In this document: in pieces, positions 41,536-57,304 of the stretch
How the letters are laid out: every line of letters begins with the position of its first letter
How positions within the stretch are numbered: position 1 is the stretch's first letter
NCBI RefSeq assembly: GCF_009914755.1
Contig: NC_060926.1
From: the human T2T-CHM13v2.0 reference genome, Homo sapiens
Direction: 5' to 3' (one strand)
Length of the DNA: 64,000 bases
Notes under the pieces: generated by a model
Databases searched by the model: none
What the model saw: the letters and a program-made list of their open reading frames with translations, nothing else
Told to the model about the DNA's origin: nothing
Made by a program: the position numbers and the translations under genes

Positions 41536-41986
41536 TGTTATGGGTTGAATTGGGTCTCCCCAAAATTCATATGTTCAAGTTCTAACCTTCAGTCACTCAG
41601 AACGTGACCTTATTTGGAAATAGAGTCATTGCAGCTGTAATGAGTTAAGATGAGGCCATACTGGTGGAGGGTGGGCCCTAATGCAAGGTGACTGGTGTCC
41701 TTATAACATGAGGACACCTGAACACAGGTACACACAGGGAGAACATCATGTGAACAAGGAAGACAGACATGGTGTGATGCCTCTACAAACCAGGGAGCAC
41801 CCAAGGTCACCAGCAAACCACCAGAAGCCAGGAGAGAGGCCTGGAGCAGATTCTCTCTCGCAGTCTCTGAAGGAGCCAATCCTGCCAACACCTGGATCTC
41901 AGGCTTCCAGCCTCCAGAACTGGGAGATGACACTAAGCCACATAGTTTGTGGCACTTTGTTAGGGTAGCCCTACTAGGCTAATACA
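41536..41986 (+). mobile_element. MLT1C-type MaLR LTR
   Basis: TGTTATGGGTTGAATTG...GTGACCTTATTTGGAAATAG...CTTCCAGCCTCCAGAACTG...CTAATACA. Confidence 0.88.
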
Positions 41987-42035
41987 TAGAGTAATTATAA
42001 CACTCTCCTGCCCCGATCTGCAAAGAGAAAGATGA

Positions 42036-42541
<506 letters not shown>

Positions 42542-42920
42542 TGAGATGAACACTGGTGAGTTTGTCCTTCTTGGCAGCTGTCCAGCTTTCAGAGCCCATT
42601 CCTGCCAGCGCCACTTCAGAGGCCCAGGAGTGGCTTTAGGGGTTGAATGTTCACAGGCTTGGGCAGGCCAAACATCCGACTTATTTGGCAATGTAATTGC
42701 CTCAAAAACTCAGTCACCTCCTGGCCCATCAATCCCATGTACAAGTAACTTCAGCCAATTAACCAAGTTTTTAAGCCTGCAGCTTCGGTTTTTTTATTTA
42801 CTGGTCCTGTGTTCTATTTACTTCTCTTTCTCTCAACTGAATGATAGGATTTGGAGACTCCTGAAACAATAGGCTTCAGAAAGGAAGCCACACAATGTAT
42901 TTGACACTGGACTACCATTT

Positions 42921-43052
42921 ACCCTCTCCTCTTCTTCCCTTTCCCCTCGCCTCTTCTCCTCCCTTGTCTCCTTCCCTTCCCTTCCTTCCTCTCCCCTCCT
43001 CCTCTCCTCTTCCTCTTCCCCCTCCTCCTTTCTCTCTCTCTCTTTCTCTCTC
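42921..43052. repeat. CT-rich polypyrimidine tract
   Basis: About 130 nt that are almost entirely C/T. Confidence 0.9.
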
Positions 43053-43139
43053 ATTGTCTGGCTTTGGAAAAATCACACACACACAGAGGCGGCTGAAAAG
43101 GACTTTGGATCACAAACTTATCTCTTCCTAAGCATGTAG

Positions 43140-43517
<378 letters not shown>

Positions 43518-44481
43518 TAAAGCAGTCTCTCAGTCAACCTAGATTTTATGTTACAGACATTGAGTTCTGCCCTTTGAAGCACAAAATCCCCTTCCATCCC
43601 TGCTTGCCAACTGACTATCTCCAATGTGAATTTATCTCTCCCTTTTAGGCCTTTTGCAAAAAGCAGCAAGAAGCAGGAAACACCCAACAGAATTTTAAAT
43701 TGACCCGACCAATTTTCTGTAGAGCTAAGATGTGGTCAGTATGTGATCTGGCTCCCAGGTTATTGCAGAAGATGGTTTTACAAAGCATTTTACCATACCA
43801 TAAAAAGGGGCCATTGCCTTCCAGCCTGCAATTTCTGAGTCTTTGAAACTGGCTTCCACCTTGAAGTCAATACCACATATTTTAGGCACTTCTAGTATCA
43901 GATTCTATTTTATTTGGGTATGCTATACATGTAGCTACATGTAGAAGGGCTCTAAAATAAATGTGACATAAATAGGCATTCATTCTCACTTATATAACTG
44001 TCCAACAGTAGGTGATCTGGAGCTGCTATGTAGCTCTGCGCCATTAAGTCATTTGCAGTTGTGTTACAATCTCTAAGGTGTTACTCTCAGCGCTATGATC
44101 CAAGAAGTCTCCCCCCACATTCATGTTCCAAGCAGCAGGATCAGGAAGATCCTGATCCACACCTCCTCCCTTTAAGGACTTTATTCAAACTTACATCCAT
44201 CTTTTTTGCATACATCCTCTAATACTTAGTCCAGGGCCACACCTAGTTGCTAGGGAGGATGAGAAATATCTTTACTCTATGAGATAGGGGCTCAGCTTGA
44301 GAGGTCTAGTACTAAGAGAAAGAAGAGGACCACACAATGGGAGCAACCAGCTGTGTATCTGGCCAGCAGTGACAGAGGCGAGGAGGCCATGATATGAGGC
44401 TAGTGGTGTACGCTTCATAGCCAGCGTCCAAACTGGATGCTCATGTGCATGAAGGGGGTGCTGTCAAAAATCACACCAGGA

Positions 44482-47379
<2,898 letters not shown>

Positions 47380-49066
47380 AAAAATCACTCCAGAACAAGA
47401 GGCACAAACCAGACAGTCCCAGGCAAGCCTGGACACAGACCACCTATGGAAAGATGATGTTACAGATTTTGGATTTTTAGAAAGATGAGAAGCTACTGAC
47501 CAATTCTAACTAAGGAAGGGCATGATTATATTTGAGTTGTTTAGAAAAGCATTTTGACTGCTATGCAGAATCGATGGGGAGGGGAGTAAACTCAAACCCC
47601 AGTCTTCTGTCTGCAAAGACAATTGGTTATTTAAGGTTATGGAAAGACCCATTTGCCCCCAACCAGCCCTCCCTTGGCCTACTCTGATGCTTTTGTTCTC
47701 ATTACTTCGGATTAACTGTAAGATTTGTCTCCAAGAAGCATCACATTTCACAACTTTGGACTCATATTAACAGGATTTTCAACACTATGAAATAATTGTC
47801 GATCCTTCTCCTTTATAATCTCTAACCAAAATGGTTTTCGAATTCATTTTCCACTTTCAACTCTTCATAACCTCATCTCTTCATCTTTTGATCTATTCAT
47901 CCTCTCTTTTTCTGAATTGATTTTATTCTTTGTCTGAAATCTTGCATCTCACTTTTGAACTTCATGTAACTGATGAAATGCAACCTCTGCTGGCTACACT
48001 ATTCACTAGTTCCATTAACCAGTCCCAAAATTTTGCCAGTTTGTAAAAGGTGATTAGTTTCACTTCTTCCTTTGTGAATCTAGGGTATTATGAAAATGGC
48101 CCTGTGTATCTATTAATTGCATCAGATTTCAAAAATAAAGTAGGGAGCATTATAGACATGGCAATTTTTATACTGCAAAGATATCTTAATCCAGCAACTT
48201 TCAGTGCAATTTAAAGAATTTGCAATTTAGGTTCTATCATGAAGCCCTTTAATGAGAAATTAATCCTTGGAAAAGTGAATATTCACTCCTAGCCTACCTT
48301 GGAGCAATCTAGGGTTTTCTTCTCTGGGTTTTGTACTCATGCCTACAAGTGATTAGAGGAACTGGGAAATCAACTTCTCCACCAGCAATCCTGTCTTCAC
48401 TTTGGTGGGCATTGTTGGCTATCATTTGTGCCTGGGAAAGGTAGCCCTTTATGTCTTTATTAGAGAACACTTTGTTGATTTGTATGTCAGATCATCACAT
48501 GAGAATAAGATGAGAAGGGTATTAAATGGGAATGAACATAAAATTGATTCTAGGTTTGGAAGGATGTGCTTGTGAGATTGGAAATAAGAGAAGAAAGAAA
48601 ACGAGTAGGTAAGAAATTCCCAAGGTTTCCTCTTACTCTCTTGACTCATGTCCCTTAAGTTAAACCTCAGATAGAAGCAAAAGAGGGTGGGGAGGAGGCC
48701 ACTGGACCAACTAAACAGAATCTCTCTGGATTATGCAGAACTGGGTGCTACAACTGTGAGCCATGCAGAACCTAGAGAAGGTGTAAGAGAAACATCCTCG
48801 AATGCAAAAAATAAATTTAAAACTGTAAAAAGTAAGACCACAAATGAAAGCTAAATGATTAGTGATTATTTAGCCTAGAATAAAGGCTAAGGAGAAAAAT
48901 CTATTAATTTTCCTCGGAGTTAGATAGAAGAATAGCTTCTGGCTGAACTTTCACTCTGACAGAATCAGAGAAAATTAGCCCAGCCATAAAGAACTTAGAC
49001 TCTGAGGCAAAATTTCCCACTGGGGAGTTATTTTGTGTGTTTGTTTAAGAAACCATTTTGGACGAG

Positions 49067-50492
49067 TGTCTTAGTCAGTTCATGTTGCTGTAACAAAATA
49101 CCATAAACTGGGTTGTGTTAACAGCAAATGTTTATTTCTTACAGTTCTGGAGATTTGGAAGTCCAAGATCAAGGTGCTGCCGGATTTGGTTCTTGTCTGG
49201 GTTCATAGAAGATTGTCCTCACCATAGGCATGGGCAAAGACTTCATGACAAAAACACAAAAAGCAATTGCAACAAAAGCCAAAATTGACAAATGGGATCT
49301 AATTAAACTAAAGAGCTTCTGCACAGCAAAAGAAACTCTCATTGGAGTAAACAGGCAACCTACAGAATGGGAGAAAATTTTTGCCATCTATCTATCTGAC
49401 AAAGGGCTAATATCCAGAATCTACAAAGAACTTCAACAAATTTACAAGAAAAAAACAAACAACCCCATCAAAAAGTGGGTGAAGGATATGAACAGACACT
49501 TCCTAAAAGAAGACATTTATGTGGCCAATAAACATATGAAAAAAAGCTCATCACCATTGATCATTAGAGAAATGCAAATCAAAACCACAATGAGATACCA
49601 TCTCATGCCAGTTAGAATAGTGATGATTAAAAAGTCAAGAAACAACAGCTGCTTTAGAGGATGTGGATAAACAGGAACACTTTTACACTGTTGGTGGGAG
49701 TGTAAATTAGTTCAACCATTGTGGAAGACAGTATGGCAATTCCTCAAGGATCTAGAACCAGAAATACCATTTGACCCAGCAATCCCATTATACCCAAAGG
49801 ATTATAAATCATTCTGCTATAAAGACACATGCAAATGTATGTTTATTGCAGCACTGTTCACAATAGCAAAGACTTGGAACCAACCCAAATGCCCATCAAT
49901 GATAGACTAGATAAAGAAAATGTGGCACATATATACCATCGAATACTATGCAGCCATAAAAAAGGATGAGTTCATGTTGTTTGCAGGGACATGGATGAAG
50001 CTGGAAACCGTCATTCTCAGCAAACTAACACAAGAACAGAAAACTAAACACTGCATGTTCTCACTCATAAGTGGGAGTTGAACAATGAGAACACATGGAC
50101 ATAGGGACATAGGGAGGGGAACATCACACACTGGGGCCTGTCAGGGGGTGAGGGGCTAGGGGAGGGATAGCATTAGAAGAAACACCTAATGTAGATGATG
50201 GGTGGATGGGCGCAACAAACCACCATGGTGTGTGTATACCTATGTAACAAACCTGCACATTCAGTACATGTATCCCAGAACTTAAAATATATGTATATGT
50301 ATATATAGTCCTCACTGTGCCCTAACATGGTGGGAAAGGCAAGGGATCTCTCTGGCATCTCTTTTATAAGGGCACTAATCCCACTCATGAGGGCTCTGCC
50401 TTCAAACCCTAACCACCTCTTAATACCATCATTTTGGGCATTACAATTTCAACACATGGCTTTTGGGGCACACAGACATCCAGTTCATAACA
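49067..50492 (-). mobile_element. MLT1A-type MaLR LTR split by L1PA
   Basis: TGTCTTAGTCAG...CATCCAGTTCATAACA. 5-bp TSD ACGAG at 49062-49066 and 50493-50497. Confidence 0.85.
49223..50307 (+). mobile_element. 5'-truncated L1PA (about L1PA7): ORF2 C-terminus and 3' UTR
   Basis: ORF 49230-49670 [35 protein letters not shown] is canonical L1 ORF2p. G-rich 3' UTR tract. TSD GTCCTCAC at 49215-49222 and 50308-50315. Confidence 0.95.
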
Positions 50493-50662
50493 ACGAGGTC
50501 AGGAATGCTTCCTTTTGGTGGCTTTTTAAAGACACACAAAAACAAAGATGAGAAGGCAGGGAGAAAGAAAAGGGAAAGGGGGTAGAAAGGGGGTAGAGAG
50601 AGAAAAGGATGGGGATTTAACTCTCTGATAAATACTAACATGTTTACAATTTTTAAAAAATG

Positions 50663-50956
50663 GGTCAGGTGCAGTGGCTCATGCCTCTAATCCCAGCACT
50701 TTGAGAGGTCAAGGCATTAGAATTGCTTGAGCCAAAGAGTTCGAGATCACGCTGGGCAACACAGTGAGGCATCTATCTCTAGAAAATTTTTTTAAAATTA
50801 GTCAGGTGCTGCGGCATGCACCTGTAAGTCTGAAAGCTGGGGCAGGGGGATTGTTCAAGCCCAAGAGTTTAAGGCTGCAGTGAATTATAATTGTGCCACT
50901 CTACTCTAGCCTGAGTGACAGAGTGAGACCTTGTCTCAAAAAAAAAAAAAAAAAAA
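50663..50956 (+). mobile_element. AluJ
   Basis: TTGCTTGAGCC and AAGGCTGCAGTGA J diagnostics; A tail; TSD AAAAAATG. Confidence 0.9.
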
Positions 50957-51049
50957 TGTCGAGTTGACAGGACAAGGAGTTAGGGGAGGGAAAGAAGAGC
51001 CAAGATTTGCTAACTTTCCCTCACCCTACCCTAGGCCAGAGCTTATATA

Positions 51050-51240
51050 GTATTCACAACACACTTAGAAGTGGAGAAATGAAAGTAGACATTATGATCC
51101 TCCTTTAAAAAAGATATCCAGTGAGGAAATTGCTGCACAAAGAAATTAAGGAACTTCCCTAAGGGCACACAGATCACTGATGAACAGACCAATGTTCAAC
51201 ATCAGGTCTGACTGAGCCCAAATCCTATGTGCTGCCATGC
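51050..51240 (-). mobile_element. MIR
   Basis: GTGAGGAAATTG...AAATTAAGGAACTTCCCTAAGGGCACACAG...CAGGTCTGACTGA. Confidence 0.6.
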
Positions 51241-51637
51241 CTGCATTAGGGCATACTGGGGTCAGCAGGGGCCTCTGGGGCCCAGAATTGCTCAGTGGCC
51301 CAGGATGTCCCAGTGATACCTTAAGGTGGGCTGTGGGCTCCTCTGTACTTCCTGCACCGCTCCTTCACTTTCACATGCAGTCTTTCAGAATCCTGTACTC
51401 CGCTAGTTAATTTAAACATGTATTTCCACTTATGAGTTAATGATTATTGTAATAGGTGATGTAAAAGATATATCCGTGCACAGTAAAAATTCAAATGCTA
51501 CAGAAAAATATAAAATATAAAAGTTTTCCTTCCTTCTCCCGACCCTCCCTTTCCACAGAGGAAATCACTATTAAGAGTTTTGTGTGCGCCCTTCTTGAAA
51601 AATATCCTAAGCATATAACCAGGTCCATACTTAGTAC

Positions 51638-51755
51638 GTCTAGCTGGGTAGAGGAACTTGTCTTTATTAATTATGAATAAAACAGGAATCTTAATGCCCC
51701 TCTTACATTAGAATCTTTCTGATGTTATTATTTTTGAAATGTGTTTCAGGAAAAC
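51638..51755 (+). repeat. Dispersed direct repeat A, copy 1 (partner 53256-53373)
   Basis: 118 bp ungapped, 18 mismatches (about 85%). Confidence 0.9.
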
Positions 51756-51861
51756 CTTATGCTTTAACATCTTAAATCAAAGAAGTGATCTATATAATGA
51801 GAATTTGAGGCATCATAATAATGAGAAAATAATTTATTTTTGGGTTTTTATTATTTTTTAA

Positions 51862-52441
<580 letters not shown>

Positions 52442-53255
52442 GAAGATAAGTCTCTTAAAGTCTTACAGCAATACAGGATTAAACCAAGAATTGAACCCGG
52501 GCAGCAGGATCTCTGATCCTGCGTTTCTAACCGCAACACAGATCACCATTCATTGCAGAGATGTTACATTCACCTTGGAAAAAAGGAGAAAGGAAGAAAA
52601 ATGACACTCAGATTATTCACCCAAATAAAAATCATATTCACGTTTACTCTGATCTGTTTCCTACAGTGATTTTCTTTCCAGAACTCCAGATCTAGACATA
52701 GACCCCTGTAACTGATGTAGTTGCCTGGTTTATGAACGGATTCACAATAGGTAAGGAATTCAGCCACTGTTGGTTACACAGCAAATAATAAACTCACCTG
52801 AAAAAAGGACTGTTGTGAAAAATCCAGAACTTGCTCTGTCACTAAGTGAAGGAGGGGACTGAGTGATGTGTTTGCTCGTGCCTCTCTCCCTAGGGCCAGT
52901 TCCAGCAGGGACCTCAAAATGGGGACAGTGGATGAGCCAGTCAGTAATCAGACCTTTGGGAGCTGGGATGGCAGCTGGATGCCAGTGGCCAAGCCTCTTT
53001 CAGCCCCTGACAGCCAGCTGACCCTGCCTCGCTCCCAAAAGACAAAGAGTGCTCAGTGACACAGTCACCAACCACCGCCATCTCCTGTTTTGGGTTGACT
53101 AAGAACCACAGGGCTGCTGTACAGCTAAATACAATACAGTCATATTTTGAGTCCTTACCAAGAAAAAAATACTTGCTATACCTGAGCATCACTGTGTTTA
53201 TAATTGAATCGCTATTCAGGTGGGGGTGGCAGCTACAGAAATTGATTTACAAACT

Positions 53256-53373
53256 GTCTAGTTGGGTCTAGGTATTTGTTTTTATTAATTATGAAGAAAA
53301 CAGGAATCTTAATATCACTCTTACATTAGAGTCTTACGGATGTTACTGTTTTTTAAATGGGTTTAAGGAAAAC
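53256..53373 (+). repeat. Dispersed direct repeat A, copy 2
   Basis: Shares TTTATTAATTATGAA.AAAACAGGAATCTTAAT....CTCTTACATTAGA with copy 1. Confidence 0.9.
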
Positions 53374-54525
53374 TGACTGAAAAGCGTGAGTTGCAAATAG
53401 CATCCTGAGAAAGCTGCTAAGCAATACATATTTCATACCACTCCTGAACGTGGTCAGATATAAATAGCAGCACAGACATTTAAGAGCTATTCTCGCTGAA
53501 AAAAAAAGTAATTAATTGGTGTTATACACAAAGGACTTCTCTATTTATTTATTTATTTTTTGGGTAACCAGCACAGCTTTAATTACAAGTAATTGTTCTC
53601 AAAATCAGGCGGCTCGTAAGTTCTGCATTCTAGACAGTGATTATGCATCAATACCCTAATCTATCACTTTCATTATTTTAGTCATTTGGGTATGTAAATT
53701 TGTATTTAATTCAGACAACAAACTCCGCAGTTCCCACTGTTACTTTCTATGAACATACGCCTTTTTAAGGCACAATAGGGTTGGATGATTTAGATTTACA
53801 TTCATTTACTTTTACCTAGGAAAATAATGGTACATTCTTGTGGGTTTTGCTGACTTCTAGGTAAATACAGTGGCATTAGATGTACAAGGAGGCAGGTTTG
53901 TCCCTAGTTAATTAGGAATTTTAGTAGGTGTCTCTATAGAACTGCATTTGTTACTGCATCATAATGAGCTGGAGTTTGCAGAAATTCCCCTGCAGAAATC
54001 TCCTAGTGAAGTAATAGGAGCCTATTCTTTACCTCATTCAGAATTTGTACATTTCTTCTCTCCCAAGTTAGACACTAGAAATGTCGCCTGGATTACTCAA
54101 CTCCAGTACACTGTTTACTCTCTGCCCGGGCTTTGTATATCTGAGTAAATTTCAAAACAAAACTCAAAAGCCTTCCCAGGACATCTGATGGGAACACATT
54201 CGCTCCACCTTGTCTTTGTGGATGACACCACTATTTTGTTTCTGATCTCCTATACAGGCAGATATTCTTTATTTCCTATGAAATATGTGTCCTTGAATGC
54301 AAAACAAATGGTGAATGCCCTTTGTTCCCTTTCTAACTTGCTTTTTGGTGTGATGGTCTAATTGCTATGCCACAGAGTTTTAAATGAAAAAAAATTTGAA
54401 TTAAAAATTCTATCCATACTTACAAAAAACAAAACAATAAAATGATACCTTTGGTAATCACTTATTTGGTTGAATAACTCTCATAAAACACACACACCCA
54501 CAAATGTTTTAAACTACTCAAATAT

Positions 54526-54616
54526 AAAATTTTGTGGAGGAAGAGATTATTTACAATGTTAGAAAACAATGCCATTGCCAGAGACATTTTCTTGGAGTTG
54601 CAAGGTAGGTCAGATA
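54526..54616 (+). repeat. Dispersed direct repeat B, copy 1 (partner 56434-56524)
   Basis: 91 bp ungapped, 14 mismatches (about 85%). Confidence 0.9.
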
Positions 54617-56433
54617 AGGGAAAATACATTATATGATGATGAACTATGCTTTATGCATTTCAAAACCTATTTAAAATTAGAAATTTTGAACAAAATTTAC
54701 ATTTAAACGTACTCATTTTCTTTAATTATTTTTTAATAAGCTTCCTTGTTAAATGGGAATAATATAGATTTCAACTAGCTCAGAATTATACTGTGTTGTC
54801 TACTCTATCCTATCTTTCTTTTTCAGGAATAGTTTTTTATAGACTTCATGGGAATTTTGCTTAAGCGCAAAACTGCCAGTAATTTTTTATTGAGGGACTT
54901 CTGCGATTATATTCAGTGAGTATAGGACTCATGATGAAAAGACAAAAAAATAAGAAAAAGAAGATGATGACGATAAAGGATATGTTCCTGTCCTCCTGAA
55001 GGAATTAACAATCCACACAATAACACATGCACACACAATAACACACGCACAAGCACACAGAGCATTTGTTCCAGATAAGTACACGAATATAATGAAACTG
55101 AAAAACTAAGATTTTTACAAGCCAAAGGCCCTCTGAAGGTGGAAGGACTAGATTTAAATTGAGATTAATTTGGAGAGTTTCTAGAAATATCACAAAATGA
55201 ATAATATAGATTGTCATCAGATAAACAAGTCCCAAGTTCGATTAAATATTTTTTTATTTCACGAAGGTTATTTAACCAATGCTTACCAGTGCTTTACTAG
55301 AGTTTTTACTTAAATGAAAACCTTAGAAAGTTGTTTGGGAATGAGGTGGAAGAGACTCCGGGGTGACCAAATGACAAGTAAAGTTCCCAGGCCAGAATGA
55401 ACAAATCTAGAGTGAAAGGAAGCTGAGATTGGTGAGAAGACACAGTGTCTGTCTGAACTAGTGAAAAACAAGGCAGGAAGTTCCAGGAGGAGAAGGGATG
55501 GAGGAGGGAGAAACTTGTAAAAGCAGGCAAAATTGTTCCAACAGGCCATAGGGCACTAGGTGTCTCACTGGCATTTTCACGTTGTGATTACTCTCACTTT
55601 CCGTATCTTCTTGCTTACATCACTTAAATCCAGTCACCCAAACCAAAGATTAGTAAAAACGAGACATATGATAATATTCGTAATAGGTGTTTAGCCTCTG
55701 CCTACAGAACCTCAAAGCACATTAATTTAGAGGAAAATAAGCAGTTATCTGACCTATTTGGGGGTGGGGAACCCAAGCACTTATTTACATTTTTAATTTC
55801 CATTCCCCTATTAGTGAATGTTAGTGTGTTGTCTAAAACTGCAGTAATCCAGGGATGATCTGTCTTTGAACACGTAGGGAACCATTAAGGGAAACAGCAC
55901 CTCAGTTATGGGAGTGGGACGAACTGACTGTGTTTCCAATTATTTACATGAACAAGATGCTGAACACGACCATATCTCCAACTGATGTGCTTTTATGTGT
56001 AGCTTTTCTGTCACTGGTGTTGCACATAGTGGGTACTAGGTAAATGATTTTGAATTAAAGAGATTAATTTGCCTGTTTCCAATATGATTTTTACCATATG
56101 AAAAAAAAAAACTCCAGCGACATATTCGTGAACTGAGAGAGTTAGCGGGTGAAAGCTTTACCTTTCAAGACACACGGAGAGCTAAGGCAGAGGTTTTGAT
56201 TGCACGGGCAGCCCTAGATCAGCCCTTAGCTGGACTAAACACACTTCTAGATATTGTGTTTGTTGCTATTTTGTTGTAAGCAATAGGAGGTCCCTTTGGT
56301 AAAAGTTAAAGAATGATAAGCAAAACAATAAATAGATGTTGTTGGGACTTGGAGAATCTAATTTACAAGTACCCACTTAACGTCTTCAACTACAAAATTC
56401 AGATATCCACATTTATTTTTGTGATGGCCATGC

Positions 56434-56524
56434 AAAATTGTGTGGAAGGAGAGATGATTTACAATGTCAGAAAACAAGGCTGTTGCTAGAGAAATTTTCT
56501 TGGGGTTTCAAGATAGGTCACATA
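56434..56524 (+). repeat. Dispersed direct repeat B, copy 2
   Basis: Shares ATTTACAATGT.AGAAAACAA and ATTTTCTTGG.GTT.CAAG.TAGGTCA with copy 1. Confidence 0.9.
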
Positions 56525-57132
56525 CTATTTTGGCCATGAAACAAACAACATGTGTAAGGCCTGGCAGACATGAAGCAGCTGAAATAACGATCATACCAAA
56601 CATAAATGAAAATGATCCATCCTGCATACACAACTCCAGTGCTTTCGGAGAAATGAGGGTTTTACTTCTTTTCCAGATACTGGAAAGTTTTACCCTAATA
56701 AAGTCCAGGGACAGTGTGATAGTGAATCAGGAGAATCGGGGGATGGAGGAATCCAAGTCCCCACACTCTCAGTGGATTTTGGGAAGAAAATTCAAGGGGA
56801 ACTGTGGTGCTGTAAAAGGCATGCTGTCTTTCTGAAGAGGCGTTGTTTTGATCATTCCATAGGTAGACGCTGCTTTGAGCAATACTTTTGGCATTACTTT
56901 GAGTCATGCCAAACACGCTTTGCGTCCTTGATTAAGAATTGCACCTATACGCACATTCCTGGGCATGGTCTATTCTGTTTCATTATCATGCACCCAGCAA
57001 CAGACCAACTTCTGCTGAACAATTAGGAGGTCATAGACCTGATCAGGAAGACTGTGGCCCCCACCTTCAGGAAGCTTACAATCTACTTAGAAACATAACA
57101 CACACATACACCCATAAAGAGATCATAAACCT

Positions 57133-57304
57133 TAGCAGGGCGTGGCATGCCGCTGCAGTACCAGCTACTTGGGAGGCCAAGGCGGGGGGACAGCTTGAAC
57201 CCAGGTGTTCGAGGCTGCTGCACTCTGCATCCAACCTGGGCAACAGAGTGAGACCCTGTCTCTAAAAAAGCTAACAATAAATAATAATAATTTTATAAAA
57301 CTAA
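57133..57304 (+). mobile_element. Alu monomer (FLAM/FRAM-type)
   Basis: Single arm with A-rich tail. TSD AAAGAGA(T/C)CATAAAC at 57116-57130 and 57305-57319. Confidence 0.8.

Noticed and set aside
49230-49910. ORFs with real protein homology (146 aa and 63 aa)
   Set aside because: They are broken C-terminal fragments of L1 ORF2p in a 5'-truncated L1PA, not a host gene.
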